Shown here piece after piece: positions 42,953 to 57,828 of a stretch of 64,000 nt of DNA (positions within the stretch are counted from its first letter, which is position 1; every line of letters begins with the position of its first letter). This DNA is from Octopus vulgaris (lineage: Eukaryota). A model generated the notes under the pieces. That model worked only from the letters and a program-made list of their open reading frames with translations, was not told the DNA's origin and did not search any database. The stretch is taken from assembly GCA_951406725.2 (NCBI GenBank), contig OX597817.1, positions 163,494,001 through 163,558,000 of the forward strand, in the 5' to 3' direction. The translations under genes were made by a program, and so were the position numbers.

Positions 42953-43377
42953 TATTAATAGCAAATACGAAAAAAAGTATTCATTATTTCGTAGAGCAAC
43001 CTTAGTTTAACTTAAGTGTACTGATACAATACTTGGGGATATTGTACGTTTCGGGTCTTACAACATACACTCACCCAGGTGTCCAGATGGCATTGTACCG
43101 ACTTCACTGATTGCCTCTTACCAGCCTGATTAATCTAGATGCTTTCTCAGTTGCCCCTACTCAGGTCTTGAAGGCGCTTATTCTGTTCACTCCTGTAATA
43201 GCCGGAGTTCCATATGACTTGCAATATAACCTTCCAACTCCCACTGACGTTAGAGTAATCTTTAAATCGTAGGATACTTCATCAAATGTAAAGTGTAGAT
43301 ACAGATACAAACATTTAAAATTGTCCAAAAAATGCTCTCACATCCACCGATTTTTTTAGCTTAGGCATTATACAAGC

Positions 43378-43680
43378 GGAGGCGCAATGGCCCAGTGTTT
43401 AAGGCAGTGGACTCGCGGTCGAAGGATCGTGGTTTCGATTCCCAGATCAGGCGTTGTGTGTGTTTATTAAGCGAAAACACGTAAACCTCCACGAGGCTCC
43501 GGCAGGGGATGGTGGCGACCCCTATTATAATCTTTCGCCCAAACTTTCTCTCACCCTTTCTTCCTGTTTCTTGAGTAACGCTGCGATAGACTGGCGTCCC
43601 GTCCAGCTGGGGGGAACACATACGCCATAGAAACCGCGAAACCGGACCCATGAGCCTGGCTAGGCTTGAAAAGGGCGCAT
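43378..43680 (+). mobile_element. SINE-A, H1 + tail T2
   Basis: H1 head, then tgagtaacgctgcgatagactggcgtcccgtccagc...aagggcgcat. Confidence 0.88.
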
Positions 43681-43698
43681 AAATAAATAGAATGAATT

Positions 43699-44100
43699 GG
43701 AGTGGCTGTGTGGTAAGTAGCTTGCTAACCAACCACATGGTTCCGGGTTCAGTCCCACTGCGTGGCATCTTGGACAAGTGTCTTCTGCTATAGTCCGGGC
43801 CGACCAATGCCTTGTGAGTGGATTTGGTAGACGGAAACTGAAAGAAGCCTGTCATATATATGTATATATATATGTATGTGTGTGTGTGTGTGTGTTTGGG
43901 TTTGTCCCCCTAGCATTGCTTGACGAACGATGCTGGTGTGTTTACGTCCCCGTCACTTAGCGATTCGGTAAAAGAGACCGATAGAATAAGTACTGGGCTT
44001 ACAAAGAATAAGTCCCGGGTCGATTTGCTCGACTAAAGGCGGTGCTCCAGCATGGCCGCAGTCAAATGACTGAAACAAGTAAAAGAAAAGAAAAAAAGAA
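43699..44100 (+). mobile_element. SINE-B, near full length
   Basis: Head ggagtggctgtgtggtaag...gggttcagtccc, internal (AT)(GT), A-rich tail. Confidence 0.9.
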
Positions 44101-44757
44101 ATACAAACAGTTTGATGCGATGGGGGTAAGTCTATACAATCGCTCCTAACACTTCACAAGTACTTTGTTTAATGATCAGAATGTAAGGAGTCGAGAAATC
44201 AACCGCTAGGAATTTTATTCGACGCTCTAACAATTCTGCCAACTCCTTGCCTTCTCACACTCGCAGATAAAAACGTTATTGTTGCAATTACCATCAACAA
44301 ACACTAAAACAAAATGCAGAAACATTAAACACATCAACATACAATACAGTTTCAAAATCTTTCGAAAGCTATGAAGTATTCATTACATATTTCCTTTCTG
44401 TTTTTACAACGAGAATAAATTTTCATCTGACACTACATCAGCTTTATGGGTTTCACTTAGTGATAGTGATACTTTCTTCAATATCTAATATTATAGCAAC
44501 AGACAAACAATAAACTAAATAGATATCTCATATCTAATTTTCACTTTCGAAAGAAATAAAAGAGAACGAAGCCATATTTCATTGATCTAAGTCTTATAAC
44601 TTTTCTGAAGTAAAGAAATATTTTCCATATCATATAGACGTAAGAATAACTGTGTGGCTGATAAGTTTGCTTTGCGGGTAAGTGATTGCGGGTTTGATAC
44701 TGATGCATAGCACTATCTCTGATTTCTTTTACTATAAGCTTGAGATGGAACTGAAAC

Positions 44758-44917
<160 letters not shown>

Positions 44918-44965
44918 CTCAAACACATACACACACACACCATTTACATACTTAGAGGAAGAGTT

Positions 44966-45146
44966 CTAGAGAAAAATAAAAGACGAAGACAGGTGGTGTA
45001 GAAAACAAACAGATGTATTAGTATAGCGCCCAGGAATTGAAAAAGTCTTTTACGTTTCGAGCCTACGTTCTGTTACAGAAAGGGACACAGAAAAAAAAAC
45101 AAGGAGAGAAAAAAATGTGTGTAGTGGCTAACGATCTATCATGGCA
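44966..45146 (-). mobile_element. D2 element, hammerhead core degraded
   Basis: Collinear with 2289-2500. Confidence 0.6.
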
Positions 45147-45169
45147 ACTGACACACACACACATGCACA

Positions 45170-45213
<44 letters not shown>

Positions 45214-46394
45214 GCTACATATGTATATCCTATATGTATATGTTATATATATTAATATTATACATATGTATATATATATATATATTATATTGAGGGTACT
45301 ACTATTCGTAGATACCACACGTATATACATAAATACGACGGGCTTCTTTCAGTTTCCGTCTACCAATTCCACTCACAAGGCTTTGGTCAGCCCGAGGTTA
45401 TAGTAGAAGACACTTGCCCAAAGTGCCATGCAGTGGGACTGAACCCGGAACCATGTGGTTCATAAATAAATATATGCATAATATATATATGTACGTTTGT
45501 ATTTGTTCTTGACATTCTCTCTCCATCTGTATATATATATGTGTGTATGTGTGTGAGAGAGAGATAGAGAGAGAGAGAGAGGGGGAGGAGAGAGTGTGCA
45601 TGCGTAGGTATACGAAGCTTCGGGAGAAGGTTACTCTTAAAATTTAATGGCAATGAGCCATTTCTGTTTTTCTTTACGGTGTTGTCCTGCGATTTGAAAT
45701 GAATACTTCTTTGGCTCACTTGGTCCTGGGCCGGTGTACCGGCTAAAACCCGCTCTCATTGACCCTGTGTGTGTGTATATGTGTGTATGGGTGTATGTGT
45801 GTGCATGTATGTGTGTTGTGTGTGTGACTGGGTAGACAGTATGATAATGTCTGTTTCTACCCGTCTTCGTGCGCCGTCCGGTTTTATGCAAACCAGTGTC
45901 GTGTCGTGTCCCTTTACGACAAAATGAAAATTAATGATTTGCTAGAGATATCGATAAAAATCGATGAAATAAGTGCCAGGCGGAATAGTAAATAGTGAAG
46001 ATCACGTGACCAACTAAAGCAACATATTAGAGCAATGCTTCAGCATGACCGGGGTTTACTGACTGAAACTAGTAAACGAATAAAAGGACAGACATTTTGC
46101 CATTGTATATTAATGTGCGGCAAAGATAGAGAAACAATGAGAGGGAGAGAGAGAGAAAGTAAGAGAGAGAAAGTAAGAGAGAGGCAGTAAGAGAGAGAGA
46201 CAGACAGACAGGGAGAGAGTAAAGAGAAAATGTTTTAAACGTCTGGGCGTGAGCTTAGGCTTTTATCACTAGGATAATATTTAAGCCTGTTACTAGAAAC
46301 TGATTTTAAAATAGAAAGATACCATTAAGACCGTTAGCACTTACATTGTTTCCAAATTTTCTGGATAATTTGGCATAAAAATAGCAACTGATTA

Positions 46395-46464
<70 letters not shown>

Positions 46465-46571
46465 CAAACACACAATGTTATATATGTATATCCTATATGC
46501 ATATGTTATATATATTAATATTATATATATGTGTGTGTGTGTTTATATATGTATATAAATATAAATGTAAA

Positions 46572-46649
<78 letters not shown>

Positions 46650-46707
46650 TATATGTATATGCACAATATATATATATATATATATATATATGTGTATATA
46701 TATGTAC

Positions 46708-46781
<74 letters not shown>

Positions 46782-47276
46782 TATATATATATATATGCAC
46801 ATTTACACACACATATATATATATATATATGTGTATGTGTATATGTGTTATAAATGTACTATATGTATATCTATAAAAGCATTTTCATATGTATATACAC
46901 ACATATATAAAGCTGAGACAATATATCTGTTAAATTCTTATCTCAACACCAAATAATATAACTAAATATAATAAAATATAATACAATAAAACATGTTATT
47001 GTGGGAGATTGATGGAACTTGTGGCATTGTTCCAGAATATGTACAACAGGAATAACTTATGCCCAGTAAAGAACTGGTAATACATGCATGTAGAATCATG
47101 TGTTTATATAATATATAACTGTATAGTGCGTTGAACCATAAAATTGGGACGTTGGGCCACTTCTTCGGCCCAGTGGGAATATTGATCCTGTACACATGCT
47201 ATATATGTGCTTTATCAGGTGATGCTATTAAGATAGACATGGCCTGGGGCCAATCTTTGACCGAAACACATCAAAT

Positions 47277-47730
<454 letters not shown>

Positions 47731-48512
47731 TATTAATAACGAGAAAGGTTTCGGATGGAAATATTTATATATCTTATTAATATGTTTCTGCATCACACGT
47801 GATTGTTTGTGATTATATTCTCATATCCATAGGATACTAGTAAATATTATTTATAATATCCCCAGGTCTTAAGAGAGTCCATTATTACACATGTATGCTT
47901 CTACAGGCACTCGAAGGCATTAGCCGGGAACAAATTACGAGGATATATATATGCATGTATATATATGTGTACTATATTTAAACGTACTATATATATACAT
48001 ATAGATATACATACACACACACCCACATATATATTTTGTAGCCTCCTCCGTGTTTTTCCGTCCTTGTTTTCGTATACATTCGCTCCTTTCTTCCAAGGAA
48101 TCTAATGCTTTTAGCTTAGTTTTTACTTAGGGCTGGCCAGATTGGTGAAATCTCGAGTGTAACCAGTCGAAGTTGCAAAGATAATCTGGAACTCGAATGA
48201 GGAAAGAAAACTCCGAATGACCCGTCCTTGTTTTCTTTTTATCGTCCATCTGGTATCCCCTATCTGTTTGGTTGTTTTGCGTTCTTTTCCTATTTTGTAT
48301 TATATATATATATATATATATATGTATATACACTTGCATGAATGTATGCATGTATATGTAGCCGCAGGCGTGTCTGCAGAAATTTGCTTCCTAACCACAT
48401 GGTTCCGGATTCAGTCCTACTGTGTAGCACCTTGGACAGGTGTCTTCTACTATAGCCACAGGCCAAAGCCTTGTAAGTCGATTTGGTAGGCGGAAACTGA
48501 AAGAAGCCTGTC

Positions 48513-48599
<87 letters not shown>

Positions 48600-48671
48600 A
48601 CATATATATATATATATATACACAAGCAGAGACCCAAAGACACACACACACACACATACACACATATATAT

Positions 48672-48995
48672 GGAGAAAACCACAAATTGGGCCACATTTA
48701 TAGCTTATTTTTGAATACAAAGCATGACATAAGAAAATAGGTGACATTCATATCTTACGGCCGTTACTGATCGGATTGCCAAAATGCAATCTATAACTAA
48801 ATGCAAGAATAAAGTTCTTCATCTTCATAGGGCATTCGAATTAAGGCAACGGATCTTCATCAGAGTGAAAAACAGGCGCATACAACATAAACAAAAAGAA
48901 GAAGGAAAAGGAGGATAATACAGGTAACAGATTCCGACAGTACATACGGATATTTTATCCCTTAGTCGGTTACTATAACCGCTAATTCAGTTTAT
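48672..48995 (-). mobile_element. Penelope-like remnant with degenerate hammerhead (48747-48869)
   Basis: ttcact-CTGATGA-a-gatc..long insert..gatc-a-gtaa-cggccg-ta. Palindromic stem III, GAAA mutated. Confidence 0.4.
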
Positions 48996-49576
48996 ATATA
49001 TAAATATATATAAGAGTTTTGACTGTTATTTCCAGCAGGTAGATATCCTTAGTATGTCCTTTGATTAATTTTAATCTTTCAGCTATTTAATGCCTGCAAT
49101 CGCCTATATTATTGATTCTGTTATCATCATTTGTAAATTGTTACACTAGGTAATAACAGATTCAATAGTATCTTCGCAAATTATTTATTCGTGACGTGAA
49201 TTGGACTACATACAAAAGATTCCTATCCACTCTCCCACCAGACAGATTAAATTTAATCTGTCTTAAATTTAATCTGTCTTGATTATTACTAAACATGATC
49301 ACTCAACCGTGTCGGTTCTCTTTTTAGGCGCAAAATATACTGTCATGTAACACTAACGTACGGATGTTATATATAATATTAGAGAAAATATATATAATAT
49401 ATAAATTAGAGAAAAAGGCACTATTATGCAATTCAAACAAAAGTGCCTTTTTTCTCTAATTTATATATTATATATTTATATTGTTAAATTTGATTTAATA
49501 CTAAATTGAATTTTTCCCTGTAAGTTTGGAGTTATACTCCCTAATATCATTATCATATATATGTACACACACATAT

Positions 49577-49616
<40 letters not shown>

Positions 49617-49726
49617 ACACACACACATATATATATATAGTTATTGAAATATGTCCTTTGAAAACAAAGTGTAGTGGATTTCAGATAAGTGCTCTTGGTA
49701 TGAGAAATGTCTAAAGCCTTAAAAGC

Positions 49727-49997
49727 TATTTAGAGATTCAATGATTCAATTAGAGCGATTATATATTAGAGAGTAAAAGTAGGGAAAGTTATAGCTTAAA
49801 AATCACAGTAGAGATAATTCCATATTATAAGCAATATTGCATTAATAAATAAATGGATTAAGTACAGCCATGATCATTAAAAAATTTTTCATGATCATAG
49901 CTGTACTTTATTTATTTATTAATTAATACAATATTGCTTATATTATGGACTTGTCTCTACTGTGATTTTTAAGATATAGCTTTTCCTACTTTTGCTC

Positions 49998-50006
<9 letters not shown>
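49727..50006 (-). mobile_element. Hairpin element (arms of about 120 bp, 49762-50006) with tail
   Basis: tatattagagagtaaaagtagg... and ...cctacttttgctctctaatata arms, next to (AT)n. Confidence 0.6.
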
Positions 50007-50049
<43 letters not shown>

Positions 50050-50051
<2 letters not shown>

Positions 50052-50252
50052 TTAATCCAAACAAGAAAACAAAAAAAACACAACAACGCAAGGACGTGGA
50101 ACAAATATAGTATTATTGGACGCTCAGGAAAGAAGGGAAGAAGGAGGGTTTAACGTTTCGAGCGGAGCTCTTCGTCGGAAACATAGAAGGAAAGATCCAG
50201 AGAAGGGAAGACAGAGGAAAAAAAAATCGCCAACGGTACACACGAGGTCACA
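50050..50252 (-). mobile_element. D1 element, hammerhead-like motif at 50148-50182
   Basis: Minus strand gttt-ccgacga-a-gagc(tcc)gctc-gaaa-cg-tt-aaac. Confidence 0.65.
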
Positions 50253-50397
50253 TGAGTTAGAGGTTAAGCAACCATCTACGGGATAATGGATATCCAATAT
50301 ACTACTGGATGTATACAGGCTGATGTTTGTCGATTGATTATCGTCTTTATTTTCTTATTTGCCTTACACACACATATATACATATACATAAATATAA

Positions 50398-50450
<53 letters not shown>

Positions 50451-50541
50451 CAGGCGGTGGTGTAATTCCCATACGGGACTGTCACGTTAAGTTGACAAAA
50501 TATACAACCACTCTCTCTCTCTCTCTCTCTTGACTCATCGT

Positions 50542-50581
<40 letters not shown>

Positions 50582-50837
50582 TTAAAATGGAAAAAAATGA
50601 TGGTAAATTATTTTAAAAATCAGACTCATCGTAGACGTGCGCAATTACTCAGTATTATATGAATCACGACTATAAGATACCCGGTTTTGCTTAAGGAAAA
50701 CCGCAAAAGTGGGAGTAGTTAGGAATCTAAATCGGAGTAGACAGACAAACAACCTTCGTTTATATATAAAGATAACATAAGATAAGCGGTGGTGTAATTC
50801 CCATACGGGACTGTCACGTTAAGTTGACAGCATACAA

Positions 50838-50908
<71 letters not shown>

Positions 50909-50910
<2 letters not shown>

Positions 50911-51530
50911 TAAAATCTTAGGGTAGCAAGAATATTTATCGAACAATTTCTTAGTTACCAGTGGTCTAGCGAGAAGGGAAAAATTTAGTCCATAGACTAT
51001 ACATTATTCAGTGTACATTCAAACACATAAGAGATACCCAGGAAATAGGATATCTGACTCACGAGAAAGAGCAGTTAAACTCCAAGTCACTAATTGTTGT
51101 AATTCCGAAAGTGATTGAAAAATAAAAACTCTTACCTTAATTATCCTAGACCCTGCAAGGTTTCTGCAGACTTAAATACAGATTGAAATAAAATAATTTC
51201 AATCTATATCTGGCGCTGCGTCTTCAGTAGGTTGACAGGACTGAACACATAGACACGGAGCGATAAATGATCAGCCACGTGTCTATATGCTCTAATTTTT
51301 CGAATCCACCGCGCAAATGCGGAACTCAACCGACATTAAATAAATAAATTGCCGATTTTCTTCCAAAATTTGCCAAAAAACATTTTATCATTAATTAAAA
51401 TCTTAGGGTAGCAAGAATATTTATCGAAGAATTTCATAGATACTAGTAGTCTAGCGAGAAGGTCTAGTGAGTCAGATATCCTATTTCCTGGGTTTCTCTT
51501 ATGTGTTTGAATGTACACTGTATTCTTATA
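50909..51530 (-). mobile_element. Penelope-like element with direct and inverted terminal repeats
   Basis: Direct repeat 50909-50977 / 51395-51462, inverted repeat about 51009-51062 / 51467-51520, internal hammerhead. Confidence 0.65.
51145..51231 (-). ncRNA. Type I hammerhead ribozyme candidate with long stem II
   Basis: ccta-CTGAAGA-c-gcag..agattgaaat(tatttt)atttcaatct..ctgc-a-GAAA-cc(ttgcag)gGTC-tagg: GUC triplet. Confidence 0.65.
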
Positions 51531-51810
51531 TATATAGACAAATATACACCCACCACACATATAAGTCTGTATTAATTCAGTTTTTCATCATGAAAGGATG
51601 AAAGGCAAAGTTGACTACAGCAGTATTTGAACTTAGAATGTAAATGATCGGAACAAATGTCGCAATACAATACTTCCGACGCTCTAGATATTCAGCCACC
51701 TTGCCACTTTGAATAATAATGATAATAATGGAAATACTGAAAGTTTTAATGATTCCGCTAGATTGAGGGCATAATATATGCATTAATAATCTTCTCTATT
51801 ATTAATACAG

Positions 51811-52050
51811 TGGAGGCGTGTGGCTTAGTGGTTAGGGTGTCAGCATCATGATCGTAAGATTGTGGTTTCGATTCCTGGACCGGGCGACGCGTTGTGTTCT
51901 TGAGCAAAACACTTCATTTCACTTTGCTCCAGTCCACTCAGCTGGCAAAAATGAGTAACGCTGCGATGGACTGGCGTCCTGTCCAGCTGGGGAACACATA
52001 CGCCATTGAAACCGGGCCCATGAGTCTGGCTAGGCTTTAAAAGGGCGCAT
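51811..52050 (+). mobile_element. SINE-A, H2 + T2
   Basis: H2 head/core as at 9510 joined at aaatgagt to the T2 tail seen at 43378. Flanking ttattaat repeat. Confidence 0.88.
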
Positions 52051-52067
52051 TTATTAATTTTTTTTTA

Positions 52068-52835
52068 ATTATTGGTACAAGGTCATAACTCTTGAGGGTG
52101 TGTGGGAAAGTCGTTTACATCGAACCTAGTGCTTGACTGAACTTAATTTTCTTGATTCTTAAAAGGACGAAAGGCGAAGTCGAGTACCGCGGCATGTAAA
52201 ATAGAACGTAAAGAATCGATAGAAATGCATTTTGTCCGACGTGCTAACGGTTCTGTCACTTCGCCGCCTTTACGTATGTATTAATAATGGTTTCAAATTT
52301 TGGCGAAAGATCGGCAATTTCCAAGAGAAGTTATGCTGTTTATATCAATCCCAGTATTCAACTAGTACTTATTTTATCGATTCCGATCGATGAAAGGGAA
52401 AATCGACCTCGGTGGAATTTGAACACGGAATGTAAAGATAGTCGAAAACCCGTAAGCATTTTGCCTGGCACGTTCGTGATTCTGCCAGCTCGCCGCCTTC
52501 ACGTATTTACTAATAATGATTTTAAATTTTGGCACAGAGCCAGCAATTCGATGGATCGATCCCAGTACTCAACTGGTACATATTATCTCGACTCCGATAG
52601 GATGAAAGGCAAAGCCGACCTCGCGGGAATTTGAACTCAGAACGTGAAGATGGATGAAATAAGGCTAAGCATTTCGCCTGTCGTTCTAACGATTCTGCCA
52701 ATTCGCCACCATACATGTATGTATTAAAAATCCTTTTCACTGGAGGCACAAGGCTTCATATTTAGGGGGAGGGGACTACATCGACTCCAGTACTTGACTG
52801 GTACTTAATTTATCAACCTCTAAAGGATTAAAGGC
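52068..52835 (-). mobile_element. Four adjacent, old SINE-C copies in the same orientation
   Basis: Units at about 52068-52270, 52284-52499, 52515-52709 and 52731-52835. Confidence 0.7.
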
Positions 52836-52864
52836 ACATATATGCACATGCACACTTAGACATC

Positions 52865-52912
<48 letters not shown>

Positions 52913-53163
52913 TACACACCCACAAAAAAAAATACATATACATATAAATATGTATGCGTATATATGCATATATATTTATATATACATACATATATATACG
53001 TACATGTGTCTATATGTATTTTACGTACATATACACATACATAAAAACATACATATATAAATATATGTGTGTGTATATGTTGTAAGTTTATGTATGTATA
53101 ATATATCTGCATATATTTATATATAAATGCATAAACATACGTATATGTATGTATATGTGTGCG

Positions 53164-53201
<38 letters not shown>

Positions 53202-53461
53202 TCACAAGGATGTGTTATAATACTATTCCACATGTACAAAAACAGCCATACCAACAACCCAACATACTCCATCATCAATGTAAAATGCATATAAATGTAG
53301 GTACATACATAATAGACATCCGTGCTCATATATTTATCCACAACATGCATACATTTATACATACACATACTTATGCGCATGCATGCATACATACATGCAT
53401 ATATGCATGCATTGCTGTACGTATCATGCTGACACCTGAATGCAGTCATATACATATACAC

Positions 53462-53525
<64 letters not shown>

Positions 53526-54087
53526 TATAATGTACAGCAGCTGTCAGCTGTTCAATAATATATTTCTCCACCAAACTCACTGGTGGATTCCAGCTACGCT
53601 TTCAACAGTCGTTCTATTTCTATCGATCACTTTTCACACACTAATCCTCTAACTTGCAACATCGCATCACTAAAATTAGATCATTGCATTCAATAATTAT
53701 TACAGATCGAAGAAGCGTAAGTTAGCTTCGGTAAATATATCAATCTTGATGAAAAAAAGTAAAAATTTAATTATGTTGAAACGTAAACCAAAGACTTCCT
53801 ATCGTTTTGTTATTGATTTTCCTGTCATTTTCTCTTCAACGCTTTAATGAATTTCACACAATCCTTCTTCAAGGCTGAACGTATTTCTCAAATTCATACA
53901 AACTTGTCGAGTTCATAAACTGCAAGAAAATTACAAATTTATTTCATTTTTCTTGACGATATTCGACCTGGAAAGTTCTTAGGTTATATTTAGGGTTACG
54001 CTCGAAATTGAACTGATGTAGCTCACATCTGCACACTAATTTTTATATTGAAAAAATAGCTAAGAGTTTAGTAATGCTATGCTAGAG

Positions 54088-54441
54088 TGGAGGCGCAATG
54101 GCCCAGTGGTTAGGGCAGCGGACTCGCGGTCATAGGATCGCGGTTTCGATTCCCAGACCGGGCGTTGTGAGTGTTTATTGAGCAGGGGATGGTGGTGATC
54201 CCTGCTGTACTCTTTCACCACAACTTTCTCTCACTCTTACTTCCTGTCTCTGTTGTACCTGTATTTCAAAGGGCCGGCCTTGTCACTCTCTGTGTCACGC
54301 TGAATATCCCCGAGAACTACGTTAAGGGTACACGTGTCTGTGGAGTGCTCAGCCACTTACACGTTAATTTCACGAGCAGGCTGTTACGTTGATTCGGATC
54401 AACCGGAACCCTCGTCATCGTAACCGACGGAGTGCTTCCAC
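54088..54441 (+). mobile_element. SINE-A, H1 + T1, with internal deletion of about 31 bp
   Basis: 12-bp TSD aatgctatgcta at 54073-54084 and 54442-54453. Confidence 0.9.
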
Positions 54442-54461
54442 AATGCTATGCTATGAAAACT

Positions 54462-55070
54462 GTGAAGGCACGTGGCTTAGTGGTTAGGGTGTTGGACTCA
54501 CGATCGTAAACTCGCAGGTTCGATACTTGGCGGCGTATTGTGTCCTTCCGCAAGAAACTTTATAAAATGAGTTGTACCTGTAATTCGATGGGCCAGCCTT
54601 GTCACGCTCTCTGTTACGCTGAATCTCCCTGAGAATTACGTTAAGGATATGCGTGTCTGTGGAGTGCTCAGCCACTTATGTTATTTTCACGAGCAGGCTG
54701 TTCCGTCGATCGGATCAACTGGAACCCTCGTCGTCGTAACCGACTGAGTACCAGTTATGAAAATTATATGTACATAGTAGTGGCTGAGCGATAAGTAGTT
54801 TTCTTAGCAACGACATGATTCTGGGTTCAATCTCACAGCGTGGCACCTTGGGCAAGTGTCTTCTACTATAGCCTCGGGCCGACCAAAGCCTTGTGAGTGG
54901 ATCTGGTAGACAAAAACTGAAAGAAGCCCATCGTATATATATATATATATATGTTTGTGTATTTGTGTTTGTTCTCCCCCCCCACATCACTTGACAACTG
55001 ATGTTGGTGTGTTTACGTCCCCCTGACTTAGCGCTTCGGCAAAAAAGCAACTGATAACATAAGTGCTAGA
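54462..55070 (+). mobile_element. Diverged SINE-A (H2 + T1, 54462-54752) followed by SINE-B (54778-55070)
   Basis: Homology to intact copies. Confidence 0.8.
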
Positions 55071-55366
55071 CTTGTGGTGGTTGTATAGCGATGAAGGTAG
55101 TGATGGTGGAGCACGGTGGTGGTTGTCATGTTGCGATGGGGATAGTCTTAGAGGAGCGATAGTGGTGGCTGCCTTGTAGGACTGAGTTTTGTCTAGTGAT
55201 TGTGATGTTTACAATGTAAAGAAAGATATAGGGTTGTGGTTGTTCCACCATGTCGAATGCTGTAATGTATGGATGGTCGTTATAATGATTCGAGAACATG
55301 GACAGTTGAAGTGTAGTAGTGGTTGTTGTTGTGACAGTTATAATTATTTAATGCTGGTTGTATGTG

Positions 55367-55675
55367 TGGAGGTACATGACCTAGTAGTTAGAGCAACAGA
55401 CACGCGGTCAAAGGATCGAGGGTTCGAATCTCAGATCGAGCGATGTGTGTGTTTATGAGCGAAACACCTAAGTTCCATGCGGCTCCGGCAGAAGGTAATG
55501 GCGAACTTCTGCTGCTTTTTTCGCCACAACTTTCACTCTTTCCTTCTGCATCTAGCAGGTCACCTGCGACGGACCGGCGTCCCGTCTAGGTAGGGAACTT
55601 ATACACCGATGAAACCGGGAAACCAACACTTATGAACCAGGCATGGCTCGGGAAGGAACAAACACAAACACCAAC
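55367..55675 (+). mobile_element. Old SINE-A variant, H1-like + T2-like
   Basis: TSD-like aatg(c/t)tggttgtat at 55350-55363 and 55676-55689. Confidence 0.75.
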
Positions 55676-55726
55676 AATGTTGGTTGTATAGTGCCGGCTA
55701 CAGTGTTGTCATATTTGTGGTGAAGT

Positions 55727-55941
55727 AAGGCGGTGAGCTGGCAGAAGCGTTAGCACGCCGGGCGAATTGTGTAGCAGTATTTCGTCTGTCTTTGCGTTCT
55801 GAGTTAAAATTTCGCCGATGTCGACTTTGTCTTTCATCCTTTCGAGGTCGATAAATTAAGTACCAGTTGCATAATGGGGTCGATCTAATCGACTGGCCCC
55901 TCCCCCAAAATTTCGAGCCTTGTGCTCTAGAGTAGAAAAGA
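55727..55941 (+). mobile_element. SINE-C (tail C2), full length
   Basis: 16-bp TSD atatttgtggtgaagt at 55711-55726 and 55942-55957. Confidence 0.9.
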
Positions 55942-57020
55942 ATATTTGTGGTGAAGTGATGGTTATAGTGTACAGATGATTCTGATTTAAGTATTAATCT
56001 CACGAAGTCTAATCTTTCGGCTAAGCTCCCTATTTTACTGTTATACACGTTAAAGAATGTCAAGTCAGATTTAGAGCTGAATATAATTCTATGAGTTTCC
56101 CTCTATATACATTTATGTATGCATATATAGCAGTCACCCCTCACTCAACGTTTTTTGGGCAAAGGATGTAACTCTTTATGAAATCGCATCATTTAATTGC
56201 CTCCCGCCACATCACGTTGTCTTTCTCATAGCATCCACAGTCCAAGCGTAGAATTTCATCACCTCCTGTAACAGAGAGTAGTTGCTATTTTTTTCCATAT
56301 CAGCCACTCTGACGAGTGCAGTTATTAGATATGTATATATATATATGATGTATGTATACACATATAGATAGATATTATGTACACTAAATGAAGCGTATAT
56401 TACCCAAAATATATTTATTAAAACAAATATGTATTATATACCAGTGTTCTTATGCTGACTGAACGTATCTTAAATACAAACGAGAATGTTTTTCAGCCAG
56501 AAGATGAATGAAAGACGTTTTATCTTTGAAAATACTGACTTCACCGCTTTGTGTGCAGATAATTTACGGCAAAAGGTATCATCAAGTCCAAGTTTAATAT
56601 ATGCTCGGAGCTATAAATCATAAGTATTTCTGAAAGTACAAAAAAAAAAAAAAGAATATTATATTTCATCTTTGCTAAACCTACCACTGGATGAAGTAAA
56701 ATATTAGCTTTGAGTAGTTTAAAATTATTTCATATATTTTGAACAATTATTTACTTCAGTACAATGTTTCGTAGAGCGCTTGATTGTTTAGTTAGCTCTC
56801 TGGTCAATTCAGCAAAAAACAAAATTCTTCTTTTAAACAATTATGTATGTATGTATGCATGTATGTGTATGTATGTATGTTGTATGTATGTATGTAAGTA
56901 TGCAGATATACCCATATATATTATATTATACAAACATATATATATATACAATATTCTTGGCATGTGTGCTTGCATATGTACAATTATAAAGATACATACA
57001 TAGATACGCACATATATGTG

Positions 57021-57054
<34 letters not shown>

Positions 57055-57060
<6 letters not shown>

Positions 57061-57348
57061 GGATCACGGGACCGACCAGACCATCAGATGTTGTTACACA
57101 TCGCTGGTCACAATGCGTTCGCATTGTTTTAGCCTTCAAATGACGCCACCCCGCTGGCTAAGCGAGCAGGCCGACAGAAGAAAGAGTGGTGAAAGAGTAC
57201 AGCAGGGATCACCACTCCCTGCCGGAGCCTCGTGGAGCTTTTAGGTGTTTTCGCTCAAAAAACACACACACTGCCCGGTCTGGGAATCGAAACCGCGATC
57301 CTGCGACCGCGAGTCCGCTGCCCTAACCACTAGGCCATTGCGCCTCCA
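57055..57348 (-). mobile_element. SINE-A, H1 + T3
   Basis: Reverse complement of 17740-18013, between (AT)n and (CA)n. Confidence 0.9.
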
Positions 57349-57351
57349 CAC

Positions 57352-57429
<78 letters not shown>

Positions 57430-57583
57430 TAATAGTTAGGGAATGTAATAATTCCAAGCCAATAGGGAAACAAATTCAATTTAGCACACTAAATCAAAAT
57501 TCACAATATATTTTATATATATATATATATTGATGGAATAACGAAATAGCGGTTTGTCTCTAAATTATATATATATATATATA

Positions 57584-57795
57584 TATTTCTTTACTACCCA
57601 CAAGGGGCTAAACACAGAGGGGATAAACAAGGACAGACAAAGGGATTAAGTCGACTACATCGACCCCAGTGCGTAACTGGTACTTAATTTATCGACCCCG
57701 AAAGGATGAAAGGCAAAGTCGACCTCGGCGGAATTTGAACTCGGAACGTAACGACAGACGAAATACGGCTACGAATTTCGCCCGGCGTGCTAACG
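57584..57795 (-). mobile_element. SINE-C (tail C1), full-length monomer
   Basis: Matches the head-bearing unit of the 8515 array. Lies in (AT)n. Confidence 0.9.
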
Positions 57796-57828
57796 TTTCT
57801 ACCAGCTCGCCGCCTTTTTATACATATA

